Positions 26,401-41,400 of a stretch of DNA of 64,000 bases are shown here, in pieces (positions within the stretch are counted from its first letter, which is position 1; every line of letters begins with the position of its first letter). Both the position numbers and the translations under genes were made by a program. Source of the stretch: Felis catus (taxonomy: Eukaryota); the NCBI RefSeq assembly GCF_018350175.1, contig NC_058369.1, forward strand, positions 24,802,001 through 24,866,000, in the 5' to 3' direction. A model generated the notes under the pieces. That model was not told the origin of the DNA, did no database searches, and saw only the letters and a list, made by a program, of their open reading frames with translations.

Positions 26401-29400
26401 CAAGAAATCACACTGAGCGCTCTTCCTCCCTCTTCATTTCCATGCCCTTCATGTTCTTATGGCTGCACTACATGAAACATGCTGACATCAAAGAGATCCC
26501 CAAACTGACAAAGGCTCAGGACATGTCAGCAGCACAGAGCACAGAGTTTCTGGGCCACTGTAGGCTACAAGGCCCTTATTTATAGTCCTTTCTGCTTCCT
26601 CTAACAAAACAAACAGAAACTCATCATGGTAAGTAAATTCCATAAATGGGAGGAGGCATTTATTTTAAAACCTATGGTATTCCCTTAAGGAACTGAAATC
26701 CTGTAATTTAGTGAATGCTAATTGTTAATATGAAAACACTGATATAATTGTTACTGTGTTATAATTTACCTATCGTTACAAATGTTACATACTTATGCAT
26801 CTGCACAGACACACGCAAGTGTTTTTAAAAATCACATACTTGAAACACTAGTCTTACTCTGTAGCTTCAGTAGAAAAAAATACACCTTGCAGTGAGGAAT
26901 CTTTCATGATTGGGGAATCTTTCAGGATCATCATGTTTTTTGATCAAAAAGGCTATCAGGAATCCTGACATGACCAGGGTTATCAAGAAAATGCCAAAAG
27001 ATCACATATATCATGATTAGGTCATCCCCGGACAGTTTTTTCTATCTGATTGATAAAAAACCCATAAGAGGTAAACACTGATAGCTTCCTCTACTTCTCT
27101 GTATCTTTCCCTCCCCTTCATTAAAAACCCAAGTACAAAGCATTTAAAATCTCTGAATCAAGAGTTTAAAGGTATTTGCAGTGTGCATACAAATGGTCTT
27201 CAATACCACCCAATAAAACAAGATGTTAATCCTAAGATACTTAGATCACAGGCTCTAAATTTAACTTACTAGTTTATTTCAGTCTGTATTAAATTACGTA
27301 AGAAAGTATATCATCAACATTTAAAAAAAAATCCATTTTATAGACATTAGACACAAGACAAGTTTATATAGCATTACTATTACCTTCTCATTTAGTTACC
27401 TTTATTTCTTTACAGAGCACACTCTCTTCTTCTTCATGAATATAAAATTTCACAGTATTTTTCTGGACATCTTTCATGATTTTAACCAAACTGTTAAATA
27501 CTTCAGGTTCTAACTGGCTTATAAAATTTGAAAGAGCTGGTTGGGCAGAAATGTTTACATCACTGGGCGATTTTGTTGTTTCTTTTTCTACTGGTTCCCG
27601 TACAATATCACCAGGTACAGTATGGTCAGAAGTCACCATTAGCTCTGTGGCATGGTGTGGCTGGTTCACTTCTACTTCGGTTAAACCCAAAGATGAAGAG
27701 GAATGCTGCTCACTGGAGTTGGTGTCTTTCAAAGGATCACTACAAAGTGGCTCAAGGAGCTGTTTATTGTTGAAGTCACTTGAGGAAATTGGGATGACAG
27801 GCTTTCCCAGAGGATTCAGTGCTATCTTAGTACCAGAATCATTAGGACTGACTGGTGGCAAATTCCCACCCTTGGCTGATGCTTTGATAATAATAGTATT
27901 TAGTTTCTCATGCAAGCCATCTACAAACTCCTGTACACCAGCTTTGGAAGTCTTAGAATATATGAACTCAGAAAGCCGTTTCATCTTCTCTTGTGTTGAA
28001 AAAATAGGTGTGGAAATTCTACTGACATATGAAACATTCTTTTGCTTCAAAATCTCTTCTATCTTCCTAGAAAAGAGACTGTACTCTCCTAACACTGTCC
28101 TCTCTGTGGTTTCACTCATTGTTGGTGGCTCTGCTGCTGGCACACACTGCTCCTCCACTGTCACCACCTGACCTGTCAACACGTCATCCTCAGTGGTGCC
28201 CTTTAGTGTGTCTGTAAATGGAGAGGATGGAAACTGGTAATCAGAACTTCTCTGTCTACTTATTACCCGGGGGTCGTTAGGAAAGGCCTCCTGTGGTGGC
28301 AGACACACCAGTTGTTCTTCTGGTGATTTCATACCTATATAGGAAGAGTTCATTATTGTAACAGCAATCCAAAAAAATAACACCTGAAAACACAAACTCA
28401 TAAATAGGAACGTCAGATCAAAGCATATACTTAGAATTAATTACATACTGGAAGGTAGAATAAGAATCTCAAATAATGATGTGAACCCTATTTTCTAAGT
28501 GCCCTATCTATGGCTGGTCTTTGGATTTAGGTAGCTAGAGTAACAAGTTTGGATGTTATTTTCCTTGATTCCTTTTGAAGTGTTTGAACAAATGCCAATT
28601 TGGAACTGGCAACAATACAAATTAAGTCATTTGCTTATTTCTGCTTCTCAGATCAGGAAAAGAAAGGCTCAAGAATATGGAAGAGGACATATTTCATATC
28701 TGCATTAACAGTTACACTATTGAGATGAAGAGGTCATTCAGCTAACTACTGATTTTAATGGAACCATAACTCTGACTTTTGACAACCAGCACAATCCACA
28801 GATTATACTTTTTTCCCCAGAAATTCTAAATTCAAAACACAATATGGTTTTAAAACTACAGTTCAAAACAGACACCCTAAGTCCTTTTTTAAAAGGGGAA
28901 AATATGTTTAACAGCAATTTACAGTAATAATATTTTTAGGAAAAGAAAAAATCTTTGCCTAGATGATATTATACAATTTTATTTTTTAATTTTCTTAGAT
29001 CTTAGCAAATATTCCCCAACAAATTGCTGTTGTAGTCTACAAAATGGTACCTCCATACGAAGAAGTGCAGGCACAAGTGTAGTCTTCAAAACCACGGTAC
29101 TTTAAAGATATAGTGAATTCCCTATTCAAGCTTGCACCTAGGTGTGGCTGCATGCCCTCTCCACACACATTCAGTTTGGGTTTCCTCATATTCACACTTT
29201 TCTAAGGGCTTTAACAGCATCAGCACCTGTCAGCTTGTGACATTTTTCCACCAATCTTGGTATTTACCATGAGCCACTCCACCCATTAACTACTGCACAG
29301 ACACCTGTCAGCAAGACCACAACAGGTCTATAGGTAGAAGGGGAACAAAATAACCAATGCACCAAGATAAGAAAACTATACGAAACTGGAAACCAGAAAA

Positions 29401-32400
29401 TTCAAGTTCCATAAAATAACTCAGGAATACAAAACATCCTTCTTAAATTTGCAACATGGGGTTTAGTACACACACAAAATACATTTTAAATTCTATCTTA
29501 CATAACAAATGGGTTGCAGAAGACTACCTATAATTTTTAAATTTCTGATTATGTATTATTTCAAGTGAAATAACCTGCTTCCCAAAATGTACAGCTGTAG
29601 TTCAAACCAATAAGCTTATACTTGAAGGGCTATGGATAAAAGGAATTTTTTTCTAAAGTGGAACAGAGCTTTAGGGGCGCCTGGGTAGCTCAGTTGGTTA
29701 AGCGTCTGACTTTGGAGCAGGTCACGATCTCGCAGTTCGTGGGTTCAAGCTTCACGTGCTTGTGCTGTGAAGCACAAGCTTCAAGCTGTTCAGCTTCTGT
29801 GCTGATAGCTCAGAGCCTGGAGCCTGCTTCAGATTCTGTGTCTCCCTCCCTCTCTCTCTGCCCCTCCCCTGCTTATGCATGCTCTCTCTCAAAAATAAAT
29901 AAATAAACCTTAAAACAACAACAACAACAACAACAACTCTAGGGTCCCCTTAGTGGCTCGGTCAGTTTAAGCGTCCAACCTTGGCTCAGGTCATGGTCTT
30001 GTGGTTCATGAGTTCAAGCCCCACATCAGGCTCTCTGCTGTCAGCACGGAGCTTGCTTCAGATACTCTGTCTCCCTCCCTCTCTGCCCCTCCTCTGTGCA
30101 CATGTGCTCACACCCCCCTCAAAAATAAATATTAAGAAAAAAAACCCTCTAAACAAACCCCGCTTAAAAATGCAAATTATCATCACCTAATTCTATTTTG
30201 CACAAATTTCCCCTATATGATTCTAATTACTAACACTGACTTTATTATTTTAAAAAATGTCTTCATCAGTAAATGATTTAAAAGAAAAACACATAGATAT
30301 CAAGAATAATGCATGTTTTCTACTGACATTCAAGCAATGCAGGATTTTAAGTGTGAGTAGTGAGTTCTCTAAAGGCAGCATCATTCAGGTATTTACACTA
30401 TTAAACACAAAATATAAAGATGGGTATGCCAAATAAGAGGACTGCAGATGCTGAGGGAGCATGGTGAAGCATAAACAAGATGCCCTGCTGCTTCTAATAA
30501 GAAAGAATTACTGACAGATAGAAAATAGATGAATTCCAGACATAATGTTGAGTGAAAGAGCCAAAAACAAAACAGGACATGTGTAGGTTCCATTTACCTT
30601 AATTAAGAACAGGTAAAAATAATCTATTGTGAAAGAAATCGGATTAGTGATTACTGTTGGGTCAGGGAGAGTACTGACTGGAAGCATACAAAAGAAAACC
30701 TGGGGTGCTGGAAATGGTCTACATCTCAATTTGGATAGAGGTAACATAAGTGTATGCACATGTAAAAATCCATCGAGCTGTGCACTAAAGATTTATGCAC
30801 TTTATGTCATAGATCTGTTATTCCTGTTTTGCTTTTTGGGGTCATCTTTTCCTAGGACAAAGACGTCCTTGAAGAAAACTATTCAATCTTTTTCTAATCC
30901 CCAAAGAGAGGAAAACCATAAAGATCTACTAAAATTAAAAGTCACTTGGCTTTTCTTCAAAATTAAGAAAAAACAAAAAACAAAAACAAACCACCACTGA
31001 AGATTTCTGAAAGAGTAAGACACAACGAAATGGAAACAAAAAAGTCCGACCACCAAACTCAAAGCAAGAAAACAATGCCTATGCCCATCTGCAGAGATGT
31101 TCAATTGACTGATCTCAGACAAAAGAACAGGTCTTCTAGGAACCAATGGCAACTAGCTAATCAGCAACATCTGTAATTGTTTCTGGAATCCCAAAGTTTC
31201 CTAATCTCTTAATTACACTGTCTTATTTAAATAATTAGAAGAAGAACTGGGTCAAAAAATCCAAGATTAGGAATAATGTACCTAAAAGATAAATGGCCTT
31301 AATCCTAGTAGTTTTTAAACTTAAAGAAACTTGAAGACTGCTTCTCATAGGATATTCTGCAGGAACAGATTAAGAAAAATATTCCAGTCTTCTGAAGTCG
31401 TCATATCAGATAGAATCACACTATAGGCGAAGAAAACTTAACCTCTAGGAATGATTCAGTGACTTCTTTGGACACATTCTTTGTATAAGAATATTTGATA
31501 CAAATCAAATGATTTAAATGCAAATATGAGATTGTCCAAATTTTCTGTCATTAACAGAACTTAATATGATGCCCTATTGATGGAGAACCAGAAATGCAAG
31601 TAGCAATTCTGAAGAAGGGCACACTGGGAAGAAAAGCAAAGGGAGCCTTCTCACCTGGTGTTTGTTTCTCACCATGTTTCCCCAGCTGGTCTTCTGGGCT
31701 TCTTGCATTCCCTCCTGAGGGAAAGCATCCATTAGATTTGTAGACTCTCTTCAGATATTGGTGATACCTATTAAGCACCTTTCAGACAACCCCAAATGCT
31801 AACAAATCCAAGTATTCCACCTTTTGCCTAAAATAATCCAGAAGGGTCATTCATAAATAGCAAGTTGTTTCCCTTTCCGTTCAGGTGATGATAGAATATC
31901 AACACCTAGATGCTGTGCCTTCAAATAGCTCTGAACATCAACTATGAAGGTGCCTAAATGAGGAATGGTTAGGATAATCATCTTGAACTGCCTACTTTAT
32001 TGTTCCTCCTACTCAAGCCGATGTCTCCAGCTCCTAAGTATCAGCTACCTCTCTACCATCACTCCTGAGGCTCTTGCCCCCTCTGGTAAGGTACTAAGTA
32101 GAGAATGTGCTAAAGCCCATGGAAACTCATCAAGTTTTAGAAATTCTTCTCAGAGTCCTTGGAGGCCTTAGTAGCTTCTGGGTCACAAGCCAGTCTACTG
32201 ACTTTTTAGCAAAAAGTTATTTGTTTTTTCTTTTTAAAGTTTATATAAAGGTCTAGGAATGGAAAAGATGTGCCCTGGGAATATTTCCAAAAATGCTTAG
32301 CTTACAAAGATGAGTAAGAACTTGGAATATTAAGAGTATGTATATATGTGTGTATATATGTATGTGTTTGCACAGAGAAATTAGAATACTGCAAAATGAT

Positions 32401-35400
32401 CTTTCAACATTTGCTAACCTACATGGTTCAATAAGCTTTCTAGGGATTTTTGCATTTGATAATTTTAGGCCATTCTCTACAATGACCTAATTTCTCTAGG
32501 ATAATCTAATATTAAGAAATTTCTTTCAAATAGATGAACCTCAACATGCCCACTTCTCAGATGATAGCTTGTTACAGTGAAGTCTGCTCTAATAATTTAA
32601 GAAGATAGTATTTAATCCGCTACCCCAAAGACCATCATTTCATCTCTGTCACTAGCTCACCTTATCAGAAACTCCATTTCTGTCAACAATTTTCATTTGG
32701 AAGTCTGCCTGCTAACAACTCCACAGGAAGAGTAAGTATGTTTTAAATCCTTCTGATTTTATAGGCTGTTTTGCACATACTTGCTGATACTGACCAAAAA
32801 CAGCAACACTCAATAATGAACAATTACATTGTTCAAAATAAGATACCAAGATGTCAGAGCCAAGTAAGATGAACCACCTAGTGACCCAAGAATGGAATCT
32901 AGAAAAGATGAAACCCATCAGGAAACTGGTCCCTAAGTAAAACCAAGCAAACCTAAGTCTCAGTATACTTGTTCTTACCTGTAATTGGAATCAGTTTCCA
33001 ATGTATTTCAGTCTCTTCAACATCATTTGACTTAGATTGTCTGCGGAATCCATGTTCAATGGGAACAGTGGGACACAAACTGCAATCTTCAAAATTATTC
33101 ATGCTAATTAAATTTGGATCCTAAAAATTAGAGTACACATTCAATAGCTTTCTTTTCAATTAATCTTTATGTCAAGAATAAACAACTATTTTCTTTCTTT
33201 CTTTCTCTCTCTCTTTTTTAAAATAGGCTCCACGCCCAACGTGGGGCTTGAACTCGCAACTCAAGATCAAGAGTTGCATGCTCCACCAACTGAGCCAGGC
33301 AGTGCGCCCCTAAACAACTATTTTTTAATAGCAAATCCACAAGCTTCAATCTAAACATTACAAATGAGTAAGATCAACATGACAAAGTTGTAACTCTCTA
33401 GTCTTAAATTTAAACATAATTTTTTCCCTCAAAACATAATTTGATGTTGATTTAGAGCAGAGGTTGGTAAGCTTTTTTGGTAAAGCACCAAATATTTTAG
33501 GCCTTGTGGGCCAGATACTCAGCTCTGCCACTGTAGTGCAAAAGCAGCCAGAGGCAATACCTAAGCACATGAGCACGGTTGTATTCCACAAAAAAATTTA
33601 GTTACAAAAATAGGCAATGGGCTGATGCTGCCATTGACCTGATTTAGAGTATTAAATATGTCAAGAAATGTTAAGAATTTAAGTTACATAAGTTACATAC
33701 TTCCCCAAGTGGTCTCCTGCCATCAACCTCCTCTTAAAAAAAAATATCCTAAAACTGCATGGAGAAAGCCTGGGGACATGCATACAACTTTTATTCAAAG
33801 ACAGGGAAGAAATACAGGAGGAAAGAGGAAATTAGAAATAAGCCAGTAGGAACATGGTGCTATCCTATTATTATTATTATTCCCCAGAGATACAACCCCT
33901 TCTTGGAGGAGATAAGGTTACTTCTCAGCTAGAAATCAGTACTCTCTAAGCTTGTATCATAAACAAACTGGATGTCCTGTCAAGCAATGCTGAGTCACTT
34001 CAGAGGTAATCCTAAAGGACACTCACTTTCCATTCCTATTTGCATGAAAAATACAAAGTACCTAGTCTCGTTTGTGACACTGATGTACAGCCTGTGGTCA
34101 CCTCATTTGCCTCACTTTCGGATTCTGGTACTGCCAGTAGAAAACTAATCTTTTGAGGATTCAACTTTATATATAAGCCTATATACATAATTCTCTAAGC
34201 AGGAAGGAAAACAACTACATCTACATTTATCCCTCTGTAACAGGGATAACTTAGAAATACTATCCTGGATACTTTCATTGTAAATGTGCAATTTCTTTTT
34301 GAAAGGGGAAAAAAAAAACATTGAAACACACCTACATCCTCTTTCAGACACACATTCACAAAAGCAACAAAGGTAATCAAAAGACATATGCTTACTTCTT
34401 TCAAATGTAGTTTATGGTCAGTGCCTACTTCACTGGTAGAAACAGCAACAGGATACTTTAACAATGATGTATCAATTTCTAACAATGGGCTCTGAGTACC
34501 CTTAAAATGCACATTTTCAATTTTTGCACAAGTAGGCTGCTCATATTCTTTCTTATCTGCGGGAGAGTTCAACTCATACTCATGCTTTTGTCTCAACTCT
34601 TCATAGGCATCATCAGTGTTCAATCCTAAGGCTTTGTTGACTGTGTCTGTCAAGGATGCATCAGAATGACGTGCATTTGCTAGTGTTTCTGATAGCCAGT
34701 TAAACAGCCGATGGATGTCAGCTACACCGGAGTTAGAGGTATCTTGCTGCTGAGGTCTCAAATCAGCATCATGCCCAAGAGAGCCAATAGGCTGCAGAGA
34801 CTCTGAAGGGAAAGAGAAAGAAAAACCATCTTTCAAAGTTAAGTTTGGAATGGTAGCATAAAAATTTAAAATGTCAAGTATATTTAAAAATTATCATAAG
34901 ACATTTGTGGGCAGGAATTCAATCAAACCACTGGCTTAGACTGTATAAGAATATCCATCCCTTTCTTTACAGATATGACAGGTTCTAAAATTTTGCACAG
35001 AACTAAAATTTCCCATAAATGAAAGCTTATTTTCATAATTTGAAAACTGTATTAATGGAGAAATGAGCTCAGACATGCTGGTAGTATGAATAATATATAT
35101 TAATACCTGTACTGTATTCACCTTAAACTCTATTACCAAAACCCCAAAGTCTATCAAGTGCCTTGAAAACTATATAAAATATCTGTATACTTGTAATTTT
35201 GCAAAATGTTAGGAAGATACGCAGGTTACATTTAAATCTACTAAAAAACAAACCAGGACTATACCTACTAGATTCTGTCTTTAAGATAATGACTGATATT
35301 CTTATAATCTAAAACCTTATTTTGAATGACTAGATTACTTAATTTCATAACAAAGCTACAAAATCATCCTGAAGAAATCTACACCAAACCTGCACTAAGA

Positions 35401-38400
35401 ACAGAAAGCAATATGAGAGAAAACATGTTAAGACATGGTTCCAAGCAGATGTAAATCTGGGTAATCTGCACAACCATTATATTTAAAGCCTGCAAAAGGA
35501 ATAGATGTTCAAAAGTCCCATGCTTTTAATGCTGAAGGAGGGTAAAGCCTGAGTAGATGTCATGATTTCCAATTTAGGCAGACAGAGTATATATAATGTA
35601 CCATAGTATATATAATGTACCAAAAAAAAAAAGTTAGAAATAATATAGTATATACTGTATGATTCTAAATATATGAAATTATAAAATTATAGAAGTAGGA
35701 AAACTATTATATAGAGACAGAAAGCATTTCAGTGGTAGGGAGGGGTGAGATTACAAAGGAATACAAGGCAACATGTGGGAGTGATGGGAATGTTCTCTAT
35801 ATTGGAGTGGTGGTAACATAGCTATCAAAACTCATCTTTAAACTGTACACTTAAATGGGTACATTATACATAAATCATACCTCAAAAAGTTAATGTGAAA
35901 GAGGGTAGGGAGGTTAGGAGATTACCTCTTATTAAATGAGTAGATTCACCATCAAATCAAGGTGAGGGTATTTTAAAAGTTAGAATCCAACCTTTAAATC
36001 TCTACTTTCGGAAATCAAAAATTAAAAAATCAAAATGACTAAAAAGAAACACAAATGAGGAACACCTAGAAATACAAGTCTGACTGTCGCTTGTTCCAGT
36101 TTAACCTATCTCTTCTCCCTTCTCCCCTGCCCTGCTTCTCCTTCAAGTTATTATAATTAGCATGGCTTTCCCACCATTTTATTATTGATAAAGCCTGTCA
36201 CCCACAACTATTTTTTTTACATTTTTAACAAAATTAGTCAATTAACAGCTAAAACAGTACTGAAATTTAAGTATCTTGACCATTATGTGCTCAGTGCTAG
36301 GAAACAGTCAAGTTTAGGAACAATGTTTTAAAGTCAGTCACAAGTAAGTTATGGATTAAACATGGATTAGTGAACTATGTAACTTTAGGGGAAATTATTT
36401 AACTTCTCTGAGATGGTTTCCTCATCTGAAAAATAAGAATAATAATGTCTACCACTCAAGAACTAAATGAGTCCATAAATGTAAAGCACCTGGCACATAG
36501 TAAGCACTTAATTTTCAAGATACAGGTCAACAGTATGAGTGCAGATCACTAAATGTCAACAGGTTCAGCACAGCGTAAGCTAAAGGAAATGAAAACCGTC
36601 AAGGAAAAGAGCCAGAAAGCTAAGGAGGGATCAAGCAAAGATATGAAGCTTGAGATAAATCAAAGATGCTTCATACATGAAGAAAGAAAGAGAAGTAAAC
36701 TGCTGACCATGACATATTCTGAGGAGAGAGATGAGCCCTAATCAAAGAACATGTGAAAAAAGAGTGGGAATCATGGTTATTCAGGCTGGACATGCCAGCC
36801 TATAAAAAAAACTTTAAAAGACAAATACAGAAGCTAAGACTGGAAGATGATACTGAAATGAGTGACAGATGCTAGGAAAGCCAGCCAAAGGTAAGAATAA
36901 GATGAAAATGTTGGAAAGAAAAAGAACACAGGTCAAGTGAAGAAAGAACACTTGAAAGACTGAAAACAACAGCACTGGCTAAAAAAACTTTATGCAATGA
37001 TGGAAATGTCCTCTATCTGTGCTATTTCAATATGGTGGTATGGCTGATGAAATATATCAAGTATAAAGCATGAAATGAATTCTTACTTCATTTCAACTTA
37101 AACTTAAGTAACAACACGTGGCTAGTGGCTACCATATGTGCAGGAAGAGAAGAATTTAAGGAAAGCAGGTAAGTAAAAAGTAACTGAGGATACAAACACA
37201 GATTGCTAGAAGAATAGTACAATAAAGACTGATTCAAATTAGTTCTGAGACCCACTGAATGCGAACACATACAAGTAAAACAGCTTACTAAGCAACAGGA
37301 ATGGAATACTGAGATCTGCCATAATCAATAAGAACAGCAGCAGCATTGCAAAATTCAAAGGTGTCTGAACGCAAGGAATACATTTCATGCTTACTTTAGC
37401 AAAGATCTTAAAATTCTAGATGAAAAATGTTTATATTACTTGCAATACTGAAACACACAGTTTAGGGTCTCCCATTTCTGTCTTTTACTGTCAACTAAAA
37501 CAAAATAAAGAAAAAAAAAAAAGAGAAGCCAAACATATTACTAGGCTCCTGGAGTGGAAAAAAAAAATGTGTATGCATCAAAGAAACTTAATTTTAAAGC
37601 TCAGAAGGTTCCTTTCATTAAGCAACATGCTAAAAGAACCCAATATTCAATGTACTTTTCCAATTATACAATTAAAGGGATATAAAAGGACAAGAACTCC
37701 AATTAATAGAATAAGAGCTACGCATACTTATTTTCCTCCTATCAGCCTAAGCTACACAATTCAGAAACCTGATGTCCTAAGGCAGTAGTTGGCAAATATT
37801 TTTTGTAAAGAACCAGACAATAAATATTTTAGGCTTCATGGGCCAAGCAGTCTCTGCCTCAACTCTGCCATTATAGCGTGAAAGCAGCCATATACACATA
37901 AATAAGCGTGGTTGTAGTCCATTGAAACTTTCTTTCCAAAAACAGGGGACAGGCTGGATTGGCTCTCAGGCTGTAATTTGCAGACCCCTGTACTAGGGGA
38001 AAGGACAGAACTACTTTAGTTTTGGTTGTTATTTTTATACTATATAAAAGCAACCTGATATTTTTACCTTCATATAGATGGCAATTTTCAGATAAATTAC
38101 TGGTTTTGGCGAGCTTTCTCATATTTTCAGGTAGATCCTCAAGCTTCCTCTTCAAGACAGTTTTGCTTCTCATATCTTCTGTGTCTGAGTCCCCACCCAC
38201 ATTTTTTTTCCTACACTGAATTAAATTAATCAATTCTTTGACTCTATCCTTATCATAATCCAAAGAATGAGAGGACTTGTGCTTTCTAGGTATAATAGTT
38301 TCACCCCTTGAGTTATTTCGTTTTCCAAATTTCATTTTTGTACCATTCATTTCTTCTTCTTGGCCTTCATAATCTGAAAGTGGACTGAACTGTTGAAGTT

Positions 38401-41400
38401 TTCTATTTTCTTCAAAAAGCTCTTTTAATTTACAAATTGGTAACTGATACATTTCAGGCCGAAAAATATAGGCATGCAAACAATTATCAATATGGGATTT
38501 ATTTTTTGGAGCTGAGTATAAGAATTTTTTATCATCTAATCGTGAATCGTATGGAAACATGATAAACTCTCGTTTACCTGAACCAAAACCTCGCTTAAAA
38601 AATTCATTTACATACTTTTCAACAACAGAATGAAAATTTATAGTATTCATATTTTTGAATTCCTTTCGACACTGAATCAAAGCAAACTGTAAAAACTGAG
38701 TTATTTTTAATACATCTGTCATGCTCTCATGTCTCTTCTGTGGTGCTGCATTAGTTGAACCTTTTTGTGCTGTAAACAAACAAAAAAGCAAACTATGTTA
38801 GCAAGCAAGAAATTAATCAAATACAGATCTATATGTTGTCAGAGAAATGTAATCATTCATACATTAATGATGAACCAAACTAGAAGTATGTACCCTAGTA
38901 CATATATGTAATACAGAAATAGATGAATAGCGTGCTTCTAAAAACAGGCCAATAAGAAATTAAAACTAAGACAAAATTGCAGAACATAGCTGTAAAGGGA
39001 AAAACCCACTCATTGAAGATCTTCTTCATTTCCCATTGTCCCTAGGCAATTCAACTGATGGCAAGCAAAATGTAAGGAGAAATAAAGAAGCAGGGCAAGA
39101 TATGAGGCTCCTAGCAAGAGTCCTGCAACCGATAGCAATGTCACTCCTTCCTGCTATACTGTAACAACTTTAACTACACATAAATGTTCTACCCCCATAA
39201 GCAGATATGCAGGCACCAAGTGGCTACAATTGAAAATGTCATTCTTGGGGCGCCTGGATGGCTCAGTCAGTTGAACGTCTGACTTTGGCTCAGGTCATGA
39301 TCTCACAGTTCATGGTTTTGAGCCCCGCATCAGGCTCTGTGCTGACAGCTTAGAACCTGGAGCCTGCTTCAGATTCTGTGTCTTCCTCTCTCTGCCCCTC
39401 CCCTGTTCGCGCTGTCTCTCTCTCAAAGATAAATAAACATTAAAAAAAAAAAAAAAAAAAGAAAAGAAAAAAAGAAAAGAAAAGAAAAGAAAAGAAAATG
39501 ACATTCCTAATCTAACAGTGAAACCCATTAGTGGGACTTTTACCTTAATATAGCATTGAAGTATGTTCTTAGAAACACTGAATAGCAAATTTTCTCTAAC
39601 CTCAGTGTGAAAAATAGAACAAACTGAGGGCTGCTGGAGGGGAGGTTGGTGGAGAAATGGGCTAAAGGGGTGATGGGCATTAAGGAGGGCACTTTTTGGG
39701 ATGAGCACTGTGTGTCATATTTAAGAGACGAATCCCTGGGTTCTACTAATCCTGAAGCCAAGACTATACTGTATGTTAACTAAGTTCAATTAAAAAAAAA
39801 AAAAAATCAGTGTGAAAAGCTTTTATAATTTTAAATGGCATAAATTTAACCTAGCACACGATTCTTTTATTGTTACTAAAATCTGGATGCAAAATTGAAC
39901 TAAGATAAAAATTAATATAAAACCCAAAAATCTAAGCTGTAGTATTTTAATAATTACAGCCCATGTTTATTTAGTGAAAATACTGATAACAACCAAATAA
40001 TTTTTAATAGTTAAAAAAAAACCCAAGTCATATATAATGTGTTTTATTTTGCTAAGACCTCTTAATATTCCCAGTATTTCCCAAAATGTAAGAAACAAAA
40101 TATTTGGAAAATTTCGATAAAATGTTAAGTGTCTATAAGTAACTAGATTTAGATACTCAAAGAACTTACAAGTAACTATGCCTCTAGGTTCTTGAAATAG
40201 AAATAAAGCATGCAGGACTCGAGACTTGGCAGTCTGATGTTCTAAAAAAAAAAAAACAAAAAAACCAGAAGCCAAATTGATTAGCAATATGTTTTAACTA
40301 AAAATTTTAGAAAGAACTGTAAAAATTAAAGAGATCACCTACCATATGGAGAAACCATTTGACAAGGAGAGAGAAGAAATAGGTATCCTCGGTCTCCCAA
40401 AGGTTTAACAAGAACCTGCATTTTTGGAAGAGGGAACAAGTTGCATCTGTTTTATTATTACTCATAAGGCAAAGACATAGCAATTTCTACTAATTATAAA
40501 GAAAACAATAAGTTATTGATCATCTTTCTTTAGGAAAAATAATTCTACTAAATTAAAAGCTCTACTCTCTGATTAACAGAATTCCAATCGAATAAAAATT
40601 ACTTAGTTCTCAGAATGAAAACAAGAAATTACTACTGAAAGAATTCCTCTAATTAACTGTGAAACCAACTTGCTGATTTTTCCTTGAAGTTAAAATGCAA
40701 GGACCAAACTAAAGACTTCAAATATCTTCCTCAGCAATTCAAAAGACCTATTATTAGTTGCCAAGGCAGTGTGTTGGATGTTGGGGGTATAAAACAACTA
40801 CAGCACAAACATTGCCTTTCTGTGAGTACAGGCTAATCTCAAATGAAATGTGTTGCTATAATCTAATGTTTTCACATAAAGAACACATTTCACATCTAAG
40901 GCAATTTCCCTTGCCAGAAGTAACTTCAAAGATAAGCAACACAAGAGCCTTGAGAGTAATTTATAATTGGATGGAGAGAGTAACACAAGAAATGTCAATA
41001 ATTAGTCAAGATAGAAAAGTTCTCGAAAAGATTTATAAAACAACAGAGAAAAACTATAATTTATTTATGGTTAGAAGAGATGCCAAGAGCATACTTAAGT
41101 TGGATGTTGAAGGATGGGAATATTGCCAAGAGCCTGAGATTATGGGAAGAACATTTCAAAAGAGGCAACATCATGAACAAAGGCAGAATTATAATTGATG
41201 AACAGTTTGCAGGCATCAGAGTACTTATGACTGGGAAAAGGGTAATGACAGACTATGACAAACACACAAATCTAGAAGAAAAGATCACTGGCTCATTTGT
41301 AAAAAGACAAGGATGCCAAGTTAGCCAGGAATGCCCTCAAAAATATATCCTTTTGAACGGGAGTTCAAAAAACAACAAAAACTCAACAGCACTGTCCAGG

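Noticed and set aside
27476..28171. 231-aa + strand ORF
   Set aside because: Lies wholly antisense to TASOR exon 18; a codon-shadow ORF with no independent gene signals.
28335..28401. Upstream extension of the exon 18 ORF (acceptor at 28383)
   Set aside because: Phase 0, incompatible with the phase 1 upstream donors; 28334 fits the frame and the known protein.
35586..35622. Short tandem duplications (19-bp unit here; 15-bp unit at 62757-62786; imperfect at about 26895-26930)
   Set aside because: Two-copy slippage duplications without spacers; not CRISPR-like or evidently functional.
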